A stretch of 39,157 nt of DNA from Candidatus Falkowbacteria bacterium. Lineage in GTDB: Bacteria > Patescibacteriota > Patescibacteriia > UBA11705 > JACRDX01. Under the pieces are notes generated by a model that saw only the letters and a list, made by a program, of their open reading frames with translations, was not told where the DNA came from and ran no database searches. The stretch's first letter is position 1, and each line of letters starts with the position of its first letter. A program made the position numbers and the translations under genes. Location: the NCBI GenBank assembly GCA_043798985.1, contig JAZDOE010000016.1, positions 1 through 39,157 on the forward strand. Direction: 5' to 3'. Below, one piece after another: positions 27,379 to 35,729 of this stretch.

Positions 27379-29250
27379 TTATTTAACTATTTTTATCGCG
27401 GGGCAAATTTGCGCGCAAACCGCGCAGCCAACGCACATTGTCTGGTCAATTTCCGTTTTGCCATTTTCATGTCTGATTGCCGGGCAAGAGAATTTTGTAT
27501 AGCATGTTCCGCACTTTTCGCATTCTTTTTGGTCAACTTGGAATGTTGGTCGTTTGATTCCTTGTTGCCGTGATTCTTTGAGCATTAGCAACGCGCATTT
27601 TCTTTTGACCAATAAAACATTGACGCCTGATTTTTCCAATTGTGTTTTTATCGCGGCTTGCGTTTGTTTTAAATTGTACGCGTCAGAAATTTCCAAACTG
27701 TTTGTGCCGCATGCTTTTACGATTTCCTCAATGCTGGTTTTGCTGGTTGGCTCGCCCATTCCTGTTTTGTCAGTGCCCGGATTTGGTTGAAGTCCAGTCA
27801 TGGCTGTAATTGCATTGTCCATTATTACCAATAATAAATTCGCTTTGTTGTGAATCGCGTTGATCAATGCCGGAATGCCCGCGTGAAAAAATGTCGCGTC
27901 GCCGATAAAGGCGATGTTTTGTTTTGCCTGCCCGCCGGTAGGCAGGGTTGAATTATTGAGTTGAAAAATTTTGTTGATTCCGTGGCTAATGCCAAGTCCA
28001 GCGCCCATTGCGTATTGAAAGTCTTGCGTGAAAAATGGTGGAAAAATTCCCATCATGTAGCAACCAATGTCTCCGCCGAAAATTGCGTCTGGCGCGACCG
28101 CTTTGATTGAATAAAATGTCGCGCGATGCGGACAGCCCGGGCAAAAGACAGGGAAACGACGTGGCAAATTAGCTTGTAGCTTGTAGGTGGTAGCAGGGTA
28201 GGTTGGTAGGTTGAATGCGGACAACATTGCTTTTTCAACGATGGCGGGCGTTAATTCGCCAAATTGGGGTACAATGTTTTTGCCGAAAATTTCAATTTCT
28301 ATTTTGTTTGTTTGCGCGATTGTTTTAACTTGGTTTTCAATAAACGGATCTAATTCTTCAACGATTAACACGCGCTCTTTGTTTTTTAAAAAATCCAAAA
28401 TCAGTTTTGTTGGCAAAGGATAAATTGTGCCAAGTTTTAAAACAGGAATGTTGAGTTTATGTTTTTCTAAAACTTCCATGACATGCAAAAACGACACACC
28501 CGCGCAAATTATGCCATCGCTGTTTTTTTTGTTGTTAACAATAAAATTCGCTTTGGCGTCCGCGAACTCTTTTCGCAGCGCTTCCATTTTTTGCAAAAGT
28601 TTGTCGTGGATTTCTGTTATGCGCGGTTTGAAAACATTAAACTTTTCAATGTCTTTGCGAAAGTCGCCTTTTAATGTTGGTTTTGGAATTGTTTTTAATT
28701 CAACTGGCGCGCTTACATGCGCGACGCGAGTTGTAATTCTGAAAAAAACCGGAGTTTTAAATTTTTCCGAAATTTCAAAAGCGTATTTTATCAAATCTTT
28801 TGCTTCTTGCTGGTCAGCTGGCTCAATCACCGGAATATTCGCCATCAAGGCAAAATGTCTTGAATCTTGTTCGCTTTGAATTGAGCTCCAGCCGCCCGGG
28901 TCGTCGGAGACGACAATAACGAGCCCTGCTCGAGCTTCAATATAGGCGGCTGGCAATAAACTGTCGCACGCGACGTTCAACCCAAAGTGTTTGAACGCGA
29001 CAAGACTGCGGATACCGCACAACGACGCGCCGATCGCCGCTTCCATTGCCAATTTTTCGTTTGTTGAATATTCAAAATAAATGCCAGCGTCTTTTGCAAT
29101 AGCGCTGAATGTGTCGCCGATTTCTGTTGCCGGCGTTCCGGGGTAAGTTGAAACAAAGCCAACGCCAGCTTCAAGTGCTCCGCGCACGATTGCTTCGTCG
29201 CCCATTAAAAAACTCTTTCCGTTTTGTTTTAATATTTTTTCTTTGTTCAT
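27379..29250 (-). CDS. iorA: indolepyruvate:ferredoxin oxidoreductase alpha subunit
   Basis: YPGTPATEI, CPGCPHR, GDIGC, GDATFFH, C-terminal ferredoxin Cys motifs; start set at ATG 29250. Confidence 0.93.
   Translation of the reverse strand: MNKEKILKQNGKSFLMGDEAIVRGALEAGVGFVSTYPGTPATEIGDTFSAIAKDAGIYFEYSTNEKLAMEAAIGASLCGIRSLVAFKHFGLNVACDSLLPAAYIEARAGLVIVVSDDPGGWSSIQSEQDSRHFALMANIPVIEPADQQEAKDLIKYAFEISEKFKTPVFFRITTRVAHVSAPVELKTIPKPTLKGDFRKDIEKFNVFKPRITEIHDKLLQKMEALRKEFADAKANFIVNNKKNSDGIICAGVSFLHVMEVLEKHKLNIPVLKLGTIYPLPTKLILDFLKNKERVLIVEELDPFIENQVKTIAQTNKIEIEIFGKNIVPQFGELTPAIVEKAMLSAFNLPTYPATTYKLQANLPRRFPVFCPGCPHRATFYSIKAVAPDAIFGGDIGCYMMGIFPPFFTQDFQYAMGAGLGISHGINKIFQLNNSTLPTGGQAKQNIAFIGDATFFHAGIPALINAIHNKANLLLVIMDNAITAMTGLQPNPGTDKTGMGEPTSKTSIEEIVKACGTNSLEISDAYNLKQTQAAIKTQLEKSGVNVLLVKRKCALLMLKESRQQGIKRPTFQVDQKECEKCGTCYTKFSCPAIRHENGKTEIDQTMCVGCAVCAQICPAIKIVK
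27927..27946. repeat. 20-bp palindromic micro-element inside iorA
   Basis: cctgcccgccggtaggcagg; related copy cccgccggagaggcagg at 4958-4974. Confidence 0.6.
28170..28213. repeat. 7-8 nt degenerate tandem repeat inside iorA
   Basis: tagcttg tagcttg taggtgg tagcagg(g) taggttg(g) taggttg. Confidence 0.65.
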
Positions 29251-29251
29251 A

Positions 29252-29935
29252 TTATATTTTTCTAACGATGCCAATTGGCGTTTGCTCGTTCGTTTGTCCG
29301 AGCGGATTGTCTTTGAAAACCGCGGCGCAAAATTCATCGCTGATTTGTTGATTTGATTTGCCGAGAACATTTACTCCGATATCATTCGCGTCAATGATTA
29401 TAACATCGCATCCGAATTTTTCTTTTATTTGTTTGGCGACTTTGTCCGGATTTTTTGGCCCGAGTTTTGCGTATTTGTTGTATGGAGGCAGCGTGTAATC
29501 GCAGGGCCCGTCAATCGCGTTGATATTTTTTCCGACAACTTTGTAAAAAACTCCGCGCATGCCAAATGGTTTTGTGATTGCTGACAAAAACGCGGCAAAA
29601 AGCATTCTGAAAATTCCGGCTTCGCGAATTGCCAGTTCCATTGTCCACGGACTTCCCAGCCCAATTCCGTATGGTGATTTGCGAACAAATTTAACCAAAA
29701 ATTTCGCCAATTTTGATGGTTGAATCTCGGCGATTGGAAAGGCGCGGCCCTGACTTATCGCCACTATTTTTTCGCTGATAAATAAAATGTCATTTGGTTC
29801 TAGAAGTTGCGCAACGTATTTTTCAACAATATCAACAATGTCATCGTCTTTTGTAATGACATGCGTTTTGACCGGAATACGTTGGTATTGCGTGTTGTCG
29901 ACCGTGATAGTTAATTGTTTGCCTGCGTTTGGCAT
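29252..29935 (-). CDS. coenzyme F420-0:L-glutamate ligase (CofE)-like protein
   Basis: ISEKIVAISQGR, NAIDG, IIDAND, GQTNEQTPI. Confidence 0.75.
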   Translation of the reverse strand: MPNAGKQLTITVDNTQYQRIPVKTHVITKDDDIVDIVEKYVAQLLEPNDILFISEKIVAISQGRAFPIAEIQPSKLAKFLVKFVRKSPYGIGLGSPWTMELAIREAGIFRMLFAAFLSAITKPFGMRGVFYKVVGKNINAIDGPCDYTLPPYNKYAKLGPKNPDKVAKQIKEKFGCDVIIIDANDIGVNVLGKSNQQISDEFCAAVFKDNPLGQTNEQTPIGIVRKI

Positions 29936-29947
29936 AGTTTAGTATTC

Positions 29948-30058
29948 TGTCATTTCGACCCCACAACGCCCGCTTCGCCGAGGCGAGTGGGGGAGAAATC
30001 CCTCGTAAACTGCATTTGCGAAGGGATTCCTCACCCTTTGCAAGGGTTCGGAATGACA
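29948..30058. mobile_element. MITE/REPIN-like element, copy B (111 bp)
   Basis: TIR tgtcatttcga/tcggaatgaca; shares gcccgcttcgc, gggggagaaatc and tttgcgaagggatt with 15621-15743. Confidence 0.75.
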
Positions 30059-30125
30059 GGCTGCGCCGGATGGCGCAGAGAAGTTCTTATTGTCATTTTA
30101 CCAAATCCCGCGCTTCGCGGCAAAT

Positions 30126-30158
30126 AAAAAACGCCTCGCACTAAGTTTTAGTGCGAGG
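30126..30158 (-). terminator. intrinsic terminator
   Basis: cctcgcactaa-gtt-ttagtgcgagg preceded by an A run on the + strand. Confidence 0.75.
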
Positions 30159-30171
30159 TAAGCGCGCGGTG

Positions 30172-30627
30172 TCAGATGCCTAGTGAAAGAACCGCAATCG
30201 CTAGTGTAATCGCTTCGTCGAGGTTGTCCACTACAAATCCAGCGACGCCCCGTACGATCATGTGCTGATGGACATTGTCCTTTTCTATGGCGACAATGAT
30301 TGGCTTCCGATACGCATCTGCCCAGCCGACTTCAATGCAGGTGCCGATGGAGACCTTTTTTGCGCCGAGAAAGTTGAACAATACCGCATCCGCGCGCATG
30401 ACGTCAAATCTGTCGCGGCAAACAATGCCTGGCTGGCGGCAGAGCGGATTGTCCGCGTGCTCACCGTGGATCATTGTCTGCGCCGCCAGAAAGTCTTTGC
30501 CGCGCATTGGAGACAACGCGTGGATGTGTTGCGGCAGCCGGCGCGCAACGCACTTTCTCCAGTCAGTGCACTCGCCGAAAGAACAACCGTCAATCGGTCC
30601 GGCAAGATAAAGCAGCGTGTCTTTCAT
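30172..30627 (-). CDS. nucleoside 2-deoxyribosyltransferase / dNMP N-glycosidase family protein
   Basis: LYLAGPI, DRFDVMRADAVL, SIGTCIEVGWA; GGAGGA SD before ATG 30627. Confidence 0.8.
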   Translation of the reverse strand: MKDTLLYLAGPIDGCSFGECTDWRKCVARRLPQHIHALSPMRGKDFLAAQTMIHGEHADNPLCRQPGIVCRDRFDVMRADAVLFNFLGAKKVSIGTCIEVGWADAYRKPIIVAIEKDNVHQHMIVRGVAGFVVDNLDEAITLAIAVLSLGI

Positions 30628-30706
30628 GGATTCCTCCATCCACAAGTTTGTTTTCGATTAGCTACAAGGAAGGTTATTTCAAGTAGACAAAAAAGTCAAT
30701 GTTAAC

Positions 30707-30738
30707 AAAAAAACGCCCCTGATAAGTTTTATCAGGGG
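30707..30738 (-). terminator. intrinsic terminator
   Basis: cccctgataa-gtt-ttatcagggg preceded by an A run on the + strand. Confidence 0.75.
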
Positions 30739-30748
30739 GTAGTCAATA

Positions 30749-31450
30749 CTATTCGTGTGCTGGATATTCCTGTATGAGCTCCAAGAGCTCTATGTGGCAC
30801 ATCAGTGTTGGAAAAGACAGAGACACAGTGTCTGGGTAGTCTTTCAGATTGTTGCAGAAATTTACCCAAACCAGTTTTGCTTCGGCAAGCGCTTCGTCGC
30901 GAGCAGTGGCTTTTAAGGGATATTCTACTTCCTTTTCCTTCGGCGGGATGCCAACGCGTTTTTCCACGAAGTGCAGGTACCATGTTTGTCTGCGCTCGTC
31001 TTTGGTCGCGACCACACCCTTCTGTGGCGCGGTCCAGTCTTCCACTGGCAACAGCTCGCCGCGCCGCACTTTGCAGTAGATGTGCTTTGCCGCGGCCACG
31101 CTGGCCGCGTAGATGGCATATGCTTGCGCAGTTTCACCGTTGTCGCTGGTGAAAAACGACGAAACGACGATGCTGGCGTCAGCGGTCTTGTACACACCTT
31201 CCTTGCGGTAGCAGTTGATGCCAACGACATCTTCGCGGTGAGTGACATGAGTGACCAATTCTACGGGAATGCACGGACATTCAGTGGTCGGATCCATCAA
31301 TCCTCCATGGAATGTCACGCTGACATACGATTGCGACCGCTTCTGATCCCACTGGGTTGTCGCGTCTGGATTTTTGATCCAAGCCCGCGCTGTTTCACAA
31401 GTGAACTCACCCAGCAGGTCTTTCATCAGGTCTTTCAGCCAAATGAACAT
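30749..31450 (-). CDS. hypothetical protein
   Basis: AAGGAGG SD before ATG 31450; own promoter and terminator. Confidence 0.7.
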   Translation of the reverse strand: MFIWLKDLMKDLLGEFTCETARAWIKNPDATTQWDQKRSQSYVSVTFHGGLMDPTTECPCIPVELVTHVTHREDVVGINCYRKEGVYKTADASIVVSSFFTSDNGETAQAYAIYAASVAAAKHIYCKVRRGELLPVEDWTAPQKGVVATKDERRQTWYLHFVEKRVGIPPKEKEVEYPLKATARDEALAEAKLVWVNFCNNLKDYPDTVSLSFPTLMCHIELLELIQEYPAHE

Positions 31451-31586
31451 GGGAACCTCCTTTTGGTCACGGGATGCCGTAGAGAGTTTTGCTCTCAATC
31501 GGGTCGTGATCCGTTAGCTGAAGGTTAGCAAATATACTAAAAAAAGTCAATCCCAACAATGAGTTTGACTCTTAATTTACGTTAAA

Positions 31587-31679
31587 TGCGCCCCGTAGGA
31601 ATCGAACCTACATCACTGGTTCCGCCCTGTCATTCGACAGGGCGCCCCGTCGGATGACGGGGCGAAGACGAGTCTATCC
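31587..31679 (-). pseudogene. 3'-half duplicate of tRNA-Arg(UCG) with a 40-bp double hairpin in the anticodon loop and a degenerate D-arm remnant
   Basis: 31585-31624 identical to 31948-31987; insert 31625-31664; then aagacgagtctatcc versus aagaccagtactctatcc in the intact gene. Confidence 0.88.
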
Positions 31680-31941
31680 TTAGGCATCCCAACTGGTTTA
31701 GGATGTCTCGAAGCTGTTGTTTTAGTAATCGTTTTCCTTCAGTCGTTTTTAGGAATTGTTCTCTTCGTTGCGCATCGCTTTTTAAGATATAAGTTTCGTA
31801 ATGAGTTAATGTCAGCGGGCGGTAATTTTTTGTGGAGACAACCTTGCCAATTTTATGTTGCACAAGTCGTTCATTAAGATCCGCAGTGCTTCCGGTATAA
31901 AGATTTTTATTGGATAAACAGAGAATATATACGAAATACAT
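31630..31941 (-). CDS. GIY-YIG nuclease family protein
   Basis: MYFVYIL...LYTGST.DL..RL.QH..G.V.ST...RP...HYE.Y...DA.RRE.FLK; start set at ATG 31941. Confidence 0.92.
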   Translation of the reverse strand: MYFVYILCLSNKNLYTGSTADLNERLVQHKIGKVVSTKNYRPLTLTHYETYILKSDAQRREQFLKTTEGKRLLKQQLRDILNQLGCLRIDSSSPRHPTGRPVE

Positions 31942-31949
31942 ATTTACAA

Positions 31950-32021
31950 TGCGCCCCGTAGGAATCGAACCTACATCACTGGTTCCGAAGACCAGTACTC
32001 TATCCGTTGAGCTAGGGGCGC
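31950..32021 (-). tRNA. tRNA-Arg(UCG)
   Basis: GCGCCCC/GGGGCGC acceptor, CTGGT-CT-TCG-GA-ACCAG, GTAGG-TTCGATT-CCTAC. Confidence 0.95.
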
Positions 32022-32035
32022 ACGATTGATGAAAT

Positions 32036-32070
32036 AACAAATGGCAAATACCAAATGTCAAATATCAATT
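32036..32070. repeat. heptamer tandem repeat (nncaaat x5)
   Basis: aacaaat ggcaaat accaaat gtcaaat atcaatt. Confidence 0.7.
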
Positions 32071-32085
32071 CAATGATATTTCCGC

Positions 32086-32784
32086 CTACAGCCAGCCTTT
32101 TGCGTGCAAGCCAGCTCGCGCCGCGTGTTCCTCTGCTTCTTGCTTGCTCAATCCTTTCCCTGTCGCGATTAACTCCTTTTTTAAATATACGCCGACAACA
32201 AATGTTTTCGCGTGATCAGGCCCAAACTCTTCTTCCACTTTATACGATGGCGTGGTTCCAATCTCTTCCTGCGCTTTTTCCTGAAAATAACTTTTTGGAT
32301 CAACGTATAATTTTTGTTCCAAAATAATCGGCAATTCAGGTAAAAGATATTGCGAAATAAATTGTTTTGCCGGTTCCCAGCCACTATCCATATAAATCGC
32401 GCCTGTCACAGATTCAAACGTGTTTGCCAAAATATATTGTCTGGCTTTGCCTTTATCTTTTGATTCGCCACGGCTCAAAAACAAAAAATCTTCAAGCCCG
32501 ATTTCTTTTGCAATGTGCGCCAGCATTTTACTGTTTACAAGGCTTGCGCGCCAGTTTGTTAATTCGCCTTCTTGGTTTGGGTAATTATTGTACAAATGCT
32601 CGGTGACAACCAACTCCAAAACAGCGTCGCCTAGAAATTCCAGACGCTCATTGTGCTCAACTCCGCAATCAGGATGCTCATTCAAATATGAGCGGTGGGT
32701 AAGCGCCATGCGCAAAATATCTTGATTTTTAAATTTCATTCCAAGCAATTTTTCCAATTTGCGTAAATCTTTTTCCATAACCAT
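32086..32784 (-). CDS. rnc: ribonuclease III
   Basis: HNERLEFLGDAVL signature; C-terminal dsRBD (DPKSYFQE...SKQEAE). Confidence 0.98.
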   Translation of the reverse strand: MVMEKDLRKLEKLLGMKFKNQDILRMALTHRSYLNEHPDCGVEHNERLEFLGDAVLELVVTEHLYNNYPNQEGELTNWRASLVNSKMLAHIAKEIGLEDFLFLSRGESKDKGKARQYILANTFESVTGAIYMDSGWEPAKQFISQYLLPELPIILEQKLYVDPKSYFQEKAQEEIGTTPSYKVEEEFGPDHAKTFVVGVYLKKELIATGKGLSKQEAEEHAARAGLHAKGWL

Positions 32785-32787
32785 AAT

Positions 32788-32909
32788 GAAATTCGAAGCA
32801 CGAAACCCGAAATTCGAAACAAGCTCGAAGCATGAAATTCCAATGTTTCAATATTGGGACATTCTGATTTCGAATTTGTTTAGGATTTCGAATTTAGAAT
32901 TTCGGATTT
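32788..32909. repeat. inverted array of degenerate heptamers with no enclosed gene
   Basis: gaaattc gaagcac gaaaccc gaaattc... mirrored by ...atttcga atttaga atttcgg. Confidence 0.75.
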
Positions 32910-33362
32910 GTTATCATTTTCCTTGTCTTCGCTCTTTTTTTGTACTTTTATGTCGCGGAAAATTGAACCAAGAACGCCATTCACAAATTTGCGGGATGGT
33001 TCTCCGTTAAACTCGCGCGCGATTTCCAATGCCTCGTCAATCGCGACTTTTGCCGGGGTGTCAGGGTCAAAAAGCAATTCATAAATTCCCATGCGCAAAA
33101 TATTTCGGTCAACGATTGTAATCTGGGAAAGAGGCCATTCGGGCGCGTATTTTGTAATGTGTTCATCTATTTTGGTTATGTTTTTAAAAATTCCATTGAT
33201 TATTTTCTTCACAAATGAAAGTTCTTCCATGCCAGGATAAAGTGACTTTGCTAAATAGTCAACAAATTCTTCAATTTTTTCCTTTGGCGCTTGGTTAAAA
33301 TCCCATTGAAACAGCGCTTGAATAATAAGACGGCGCGCGGTATGCCGATTTTGTTTGGACAT
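32880..33362 (-). CDS. nusB: transcription antitermination factor
   Basis: RHTARRLIIQALFQWD, IVDRNILRMG, VAIDEALEIA, FVNGVLG; start set at ATG 33362. Confidence 0.96.
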   Translation of the reverse strand: MSKQNRHTARRLIIQALFQWDFNQAPKEKIEEFVDYLAKSLYPGMEELSFVKKIINGIFKNITKIDEHITKYAPEWPLSQITIVDRNILRMGIYELLFDPDTPAKVAIDEALEIAREFNGEPSRKFVNGVLGSIFRDIKVQKKSEDKENDNKSEILNSKS

Positions 33363-33372
33363 AAACGTGGAA

Positions 33373-33421
33373 AATTTTGAATTTCTAATTTTAAATTTTG
33401 AATGAATGTTAAATTTTGAAT
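33373..33421. repeat. heptamer repeat (aatttnn) upstream of nusB
   Basis: aattttg aatttct aatttta aattttg ... aatgtta aattttg. Confidence 0.6.
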
Positions 33422-33533
33422 GACAGAAACACAAATCAACAAAAAAATCATATCAAATCAGCGCGATTTTGTCTAATTACTGATTGAAAATTTTAGCAGA
33501 ACGAGTTATTATGGGCATAATGATAATAAAATT

Positions 33534-34955
33534 ATGGATGGTTTATTAAGAACACGGATGGCGCGCGGCGCGCTTATTCAGCTGGTTGGAAAAATCGCGA
33601 GCTCAATTTTAGGTTTGGTCGCGTTCGCGATGATGGCGCGCTATCTTGGCGTTGAAGGTTTTGGAATGTACACGACAGTCACGGCGTTTTTGCAGTTTTT
33701 CGGGATATTGATGGAATGCGGATTAACGCTGGTGACAATTCAGATGATTTCAAAAAGCAATGTTGATGAAAATAAAATTTTAAGCAATATAATGACATTT
33801 CGCGCGATTAGCGCGTTTTTGTTTTTGGCGGCCGCGCCGGTTATTGTTTTATTTTTTCCATATCCGCAAATCGTAAAGGTCGGAGTTTTGGTCGCGGCCG
33901 CCTCATTCTTTTTCGTTTCGTTGAACCAAATTTTTGTCAGTTATTTTCAAAAAGCTTTGCGGTTGATTGTCGTGACCATTGCTGAAAATGTCGCCAGAAT
34001 GATTTTGATTGTTGGCGTGATGCTTGCCGTGTATTTTGACATGGGTTTGTTAAATATCCTCGGTTGGTTGGTGGTGAGCAATTTAATAAATTTGGCGGTC
34101 AGCTGGTTTTGGGGCGCGAAATGGTTAAAACTTCGGCCAGCTTTTGATTGGATAATTTGGAAAGAAATTTGGACGCGCTCATGGCCATTCGCGCTTTCTA
34201 TTTCGTTAAATTTAATTTATCTGAAAGGCGACACGATTATTTTGTCATTGTTTCGGCCGCAAGCGGAGGTTGGTTTGTATGGCGCGACATATCGGGTGTT
34301 GGATATTTTGACAATGATTCCAACGTTGATTATGGGCGTGGCATTGCCGGTGCTGGTGCGGTTTTGGCAAGAAAATAAAAAAGAATTTTTTGTTTTGATG
34401 CAAAAGATTTTTGACTGTTTTTTGATGTTGGCTGTCCCGGTTGTTTTGGGCACGATGCTTATTGCCGACAAAATTATGGTTTTTGTGGCAGGTCAAGATT
34501 TTTTCGCGGCAGGCGCGATTTTGCGGGTTTTGATTTTGGCGGCTGGCGCGATTTTACTGAATGGCTTGAGCGGTTACGCGATTGTGGCATTGAACAAACA
34601 AAGAAAAATGATTTTTGGATATTTGTTTGTTGCCGCGCTTACATTGATTGGGTATTTCGTGACAATTCCAATATTCGGTTATTGGGGCGCGGCATGGTTC
34701 ACGGTTTTTTCGGAAACATTAATTCTTATTTTGACCAGCATTGTTGTTTTCAAAACTTCAAAATTTGTTGCCAGTTTCAAATTGCTACCGAAAATTTTAT
34801 TGGCAACCATTGTAATGTTGGCAGTGTTGAAATTAACAATCAGCTGGCCGGTCTGGATTTTGTTTTTTGAAGCGGTTTTTGTTTATTTCGCGATTTTATT
34901 CGCGGTGCGCGGATTGAGCAAGCGGTTTGTCTTTGGTTTAATAAAACTTAGATAA
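33534..34955 (+). CDS. Wzx-like oligosaccharide flippase
   Basis: many TM segments; ARYLGVEGFGMY, D..ILS...EVGLYG, GAAW. Confidence 0.88.
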   Translation: MDGLLRTRMARGALIQLVGKIASSILGLVAFAMMARYLGVEGFGMYTTVTAFLQFFGILMECGLTLVTIQMISKSNVDENKILSNIMTFRAISAFLFLAAAPVIVLFFPYPQIVKVGVLVAAASFFFVSLNQIFVSYFQKALRLIVVTIAENVARMILIVGVMLAVYFDMGLLNILGWLVVSNLINLAVSWFWGAKWLKLRPAFDWIIWKEIWTRSWPFALSISLNLIYLKGDTIILSLFRPQAEVGLYGATYRVLDILTMIPTLIMGVALPVLVRFWQENKKEFFVLMQKIFDCFLMLAVPVVLGTMLIADKIMVFVAGQDFFAAGAILRVLILAAGAILLNGLSGYAIVALNKQRKMIFGYLFVAALTLIGYFVTIPIFGYWGAAWFTVFSETLILILTSIVVFKTSKFVASFKLLPKILLATIVMLAVLKLTISWPVWILFFEAVFVYFAILFAVRGLSKRFVFGLIKLR

Positions 34956-35100
34956 GAAGTATCGCTTAATTTAGATTAAATATAGCCGACGTCTTGACTG
35001 CTGTCGGCTTTTTTATTAGACTTCAAGTAGTTTTTGACGCGTCAGTCATGGCATCTCAAATGGTTCGGGAGCATGATCAGCGCAAAGAGAGAGGTGTGTC

Positions 35101-35715
35101 ATGGGTAAGTCCGTAGCGTTGGAACAGTCGCATGCTTTGATGGCAGTGTTAGCGCAGAATGTGGATTGGAGTCAGCTGGATGCTGATACCATCCAGGCGA
35201 TTATCATGGCGCCAAGAGAGTCTGGCGCGCAGTTCACGGCTTTCTTGAGGAATCGGGGACAGATGGTTGTCGGCGGGAGTAATAAGCTGACGATTGACCG
35301 GAGCAAGCCGTTTGACCCGGTTGCGTTCGTCGGGAAGGGATGGAAGATCGGAGAGCAGGACGAACGCGCGCTGGCGTTGACCGAGATTGATCTTGCCGCA
35401 GTGCAGTTGAAACACATGCTCAAGGATAGAGAGCCGTACGTGGGGGGAGAAGAGAAGCTGACGCGGCTCAAGGTCGCAGGGTATGTTCGCCTTGACGCAG
35501 GCGTGTTTGAGACGCTGTGGAACAATCAGCATCTCATTCCCGAGAGATGGAAGGGCAAGATCGTGTATTTTGACGGCACCGTTCTGGTGTCGCCGGACGG
35601 TGGTCGATATGTGCTCTGCATTGACGGGGGTGGTGGGCAGTGGAGCCGGGACTGCGGCTACCTTAACCACAGCTTCAGCGGCAATAACCCGTCGGCTGTC
35701 CTCGCCGCGCCATAG
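35101..35715 (+). CDS. hypothetical protein, possible DGR target
   Basis: GAGAGGTG SD; NNC-codon-rich 3' end followed by a hairpin. Confidence 0.75.
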   Translation: MGKSVALEQSHALMAVLAQNVDWSQLDADTIQAIIMAPRESGAQFTAFLRNRGQMVVGGSNKLTIDRSKPFDPVAFVGKGWKIGEQDERALALTEIDLAAVQLKHMLKDREPYVGGEEKLTRLKVAGYVRLDAGVFETLWNNQHLIPERWKGKIVYFDGTVLVSPDGGRYVLCIDGGGGQWSRDCGYLNHSFSGNNPSAVLAAP

Positions 35716-35729
35716 CACTTTCATTGCAA

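Noticed and set aside
29251-29370. Longer starts for iorA, and similarly for nusB (33434), pilM (13735), GxxExxY (2042) and the TraR/DksA gene (4978)
   Set aside because: The extensions overlap upstream genes or repeat arrays; internal ATGs fit the family N-termini better.
31942-32061. N-terminal extension of the GIY-YIG ORF in the track (likewise 36246-36308)
   Set aside because: These are translations of tRNA, hairpin and repeat sequence; the family motif begins at the downstream ATG.
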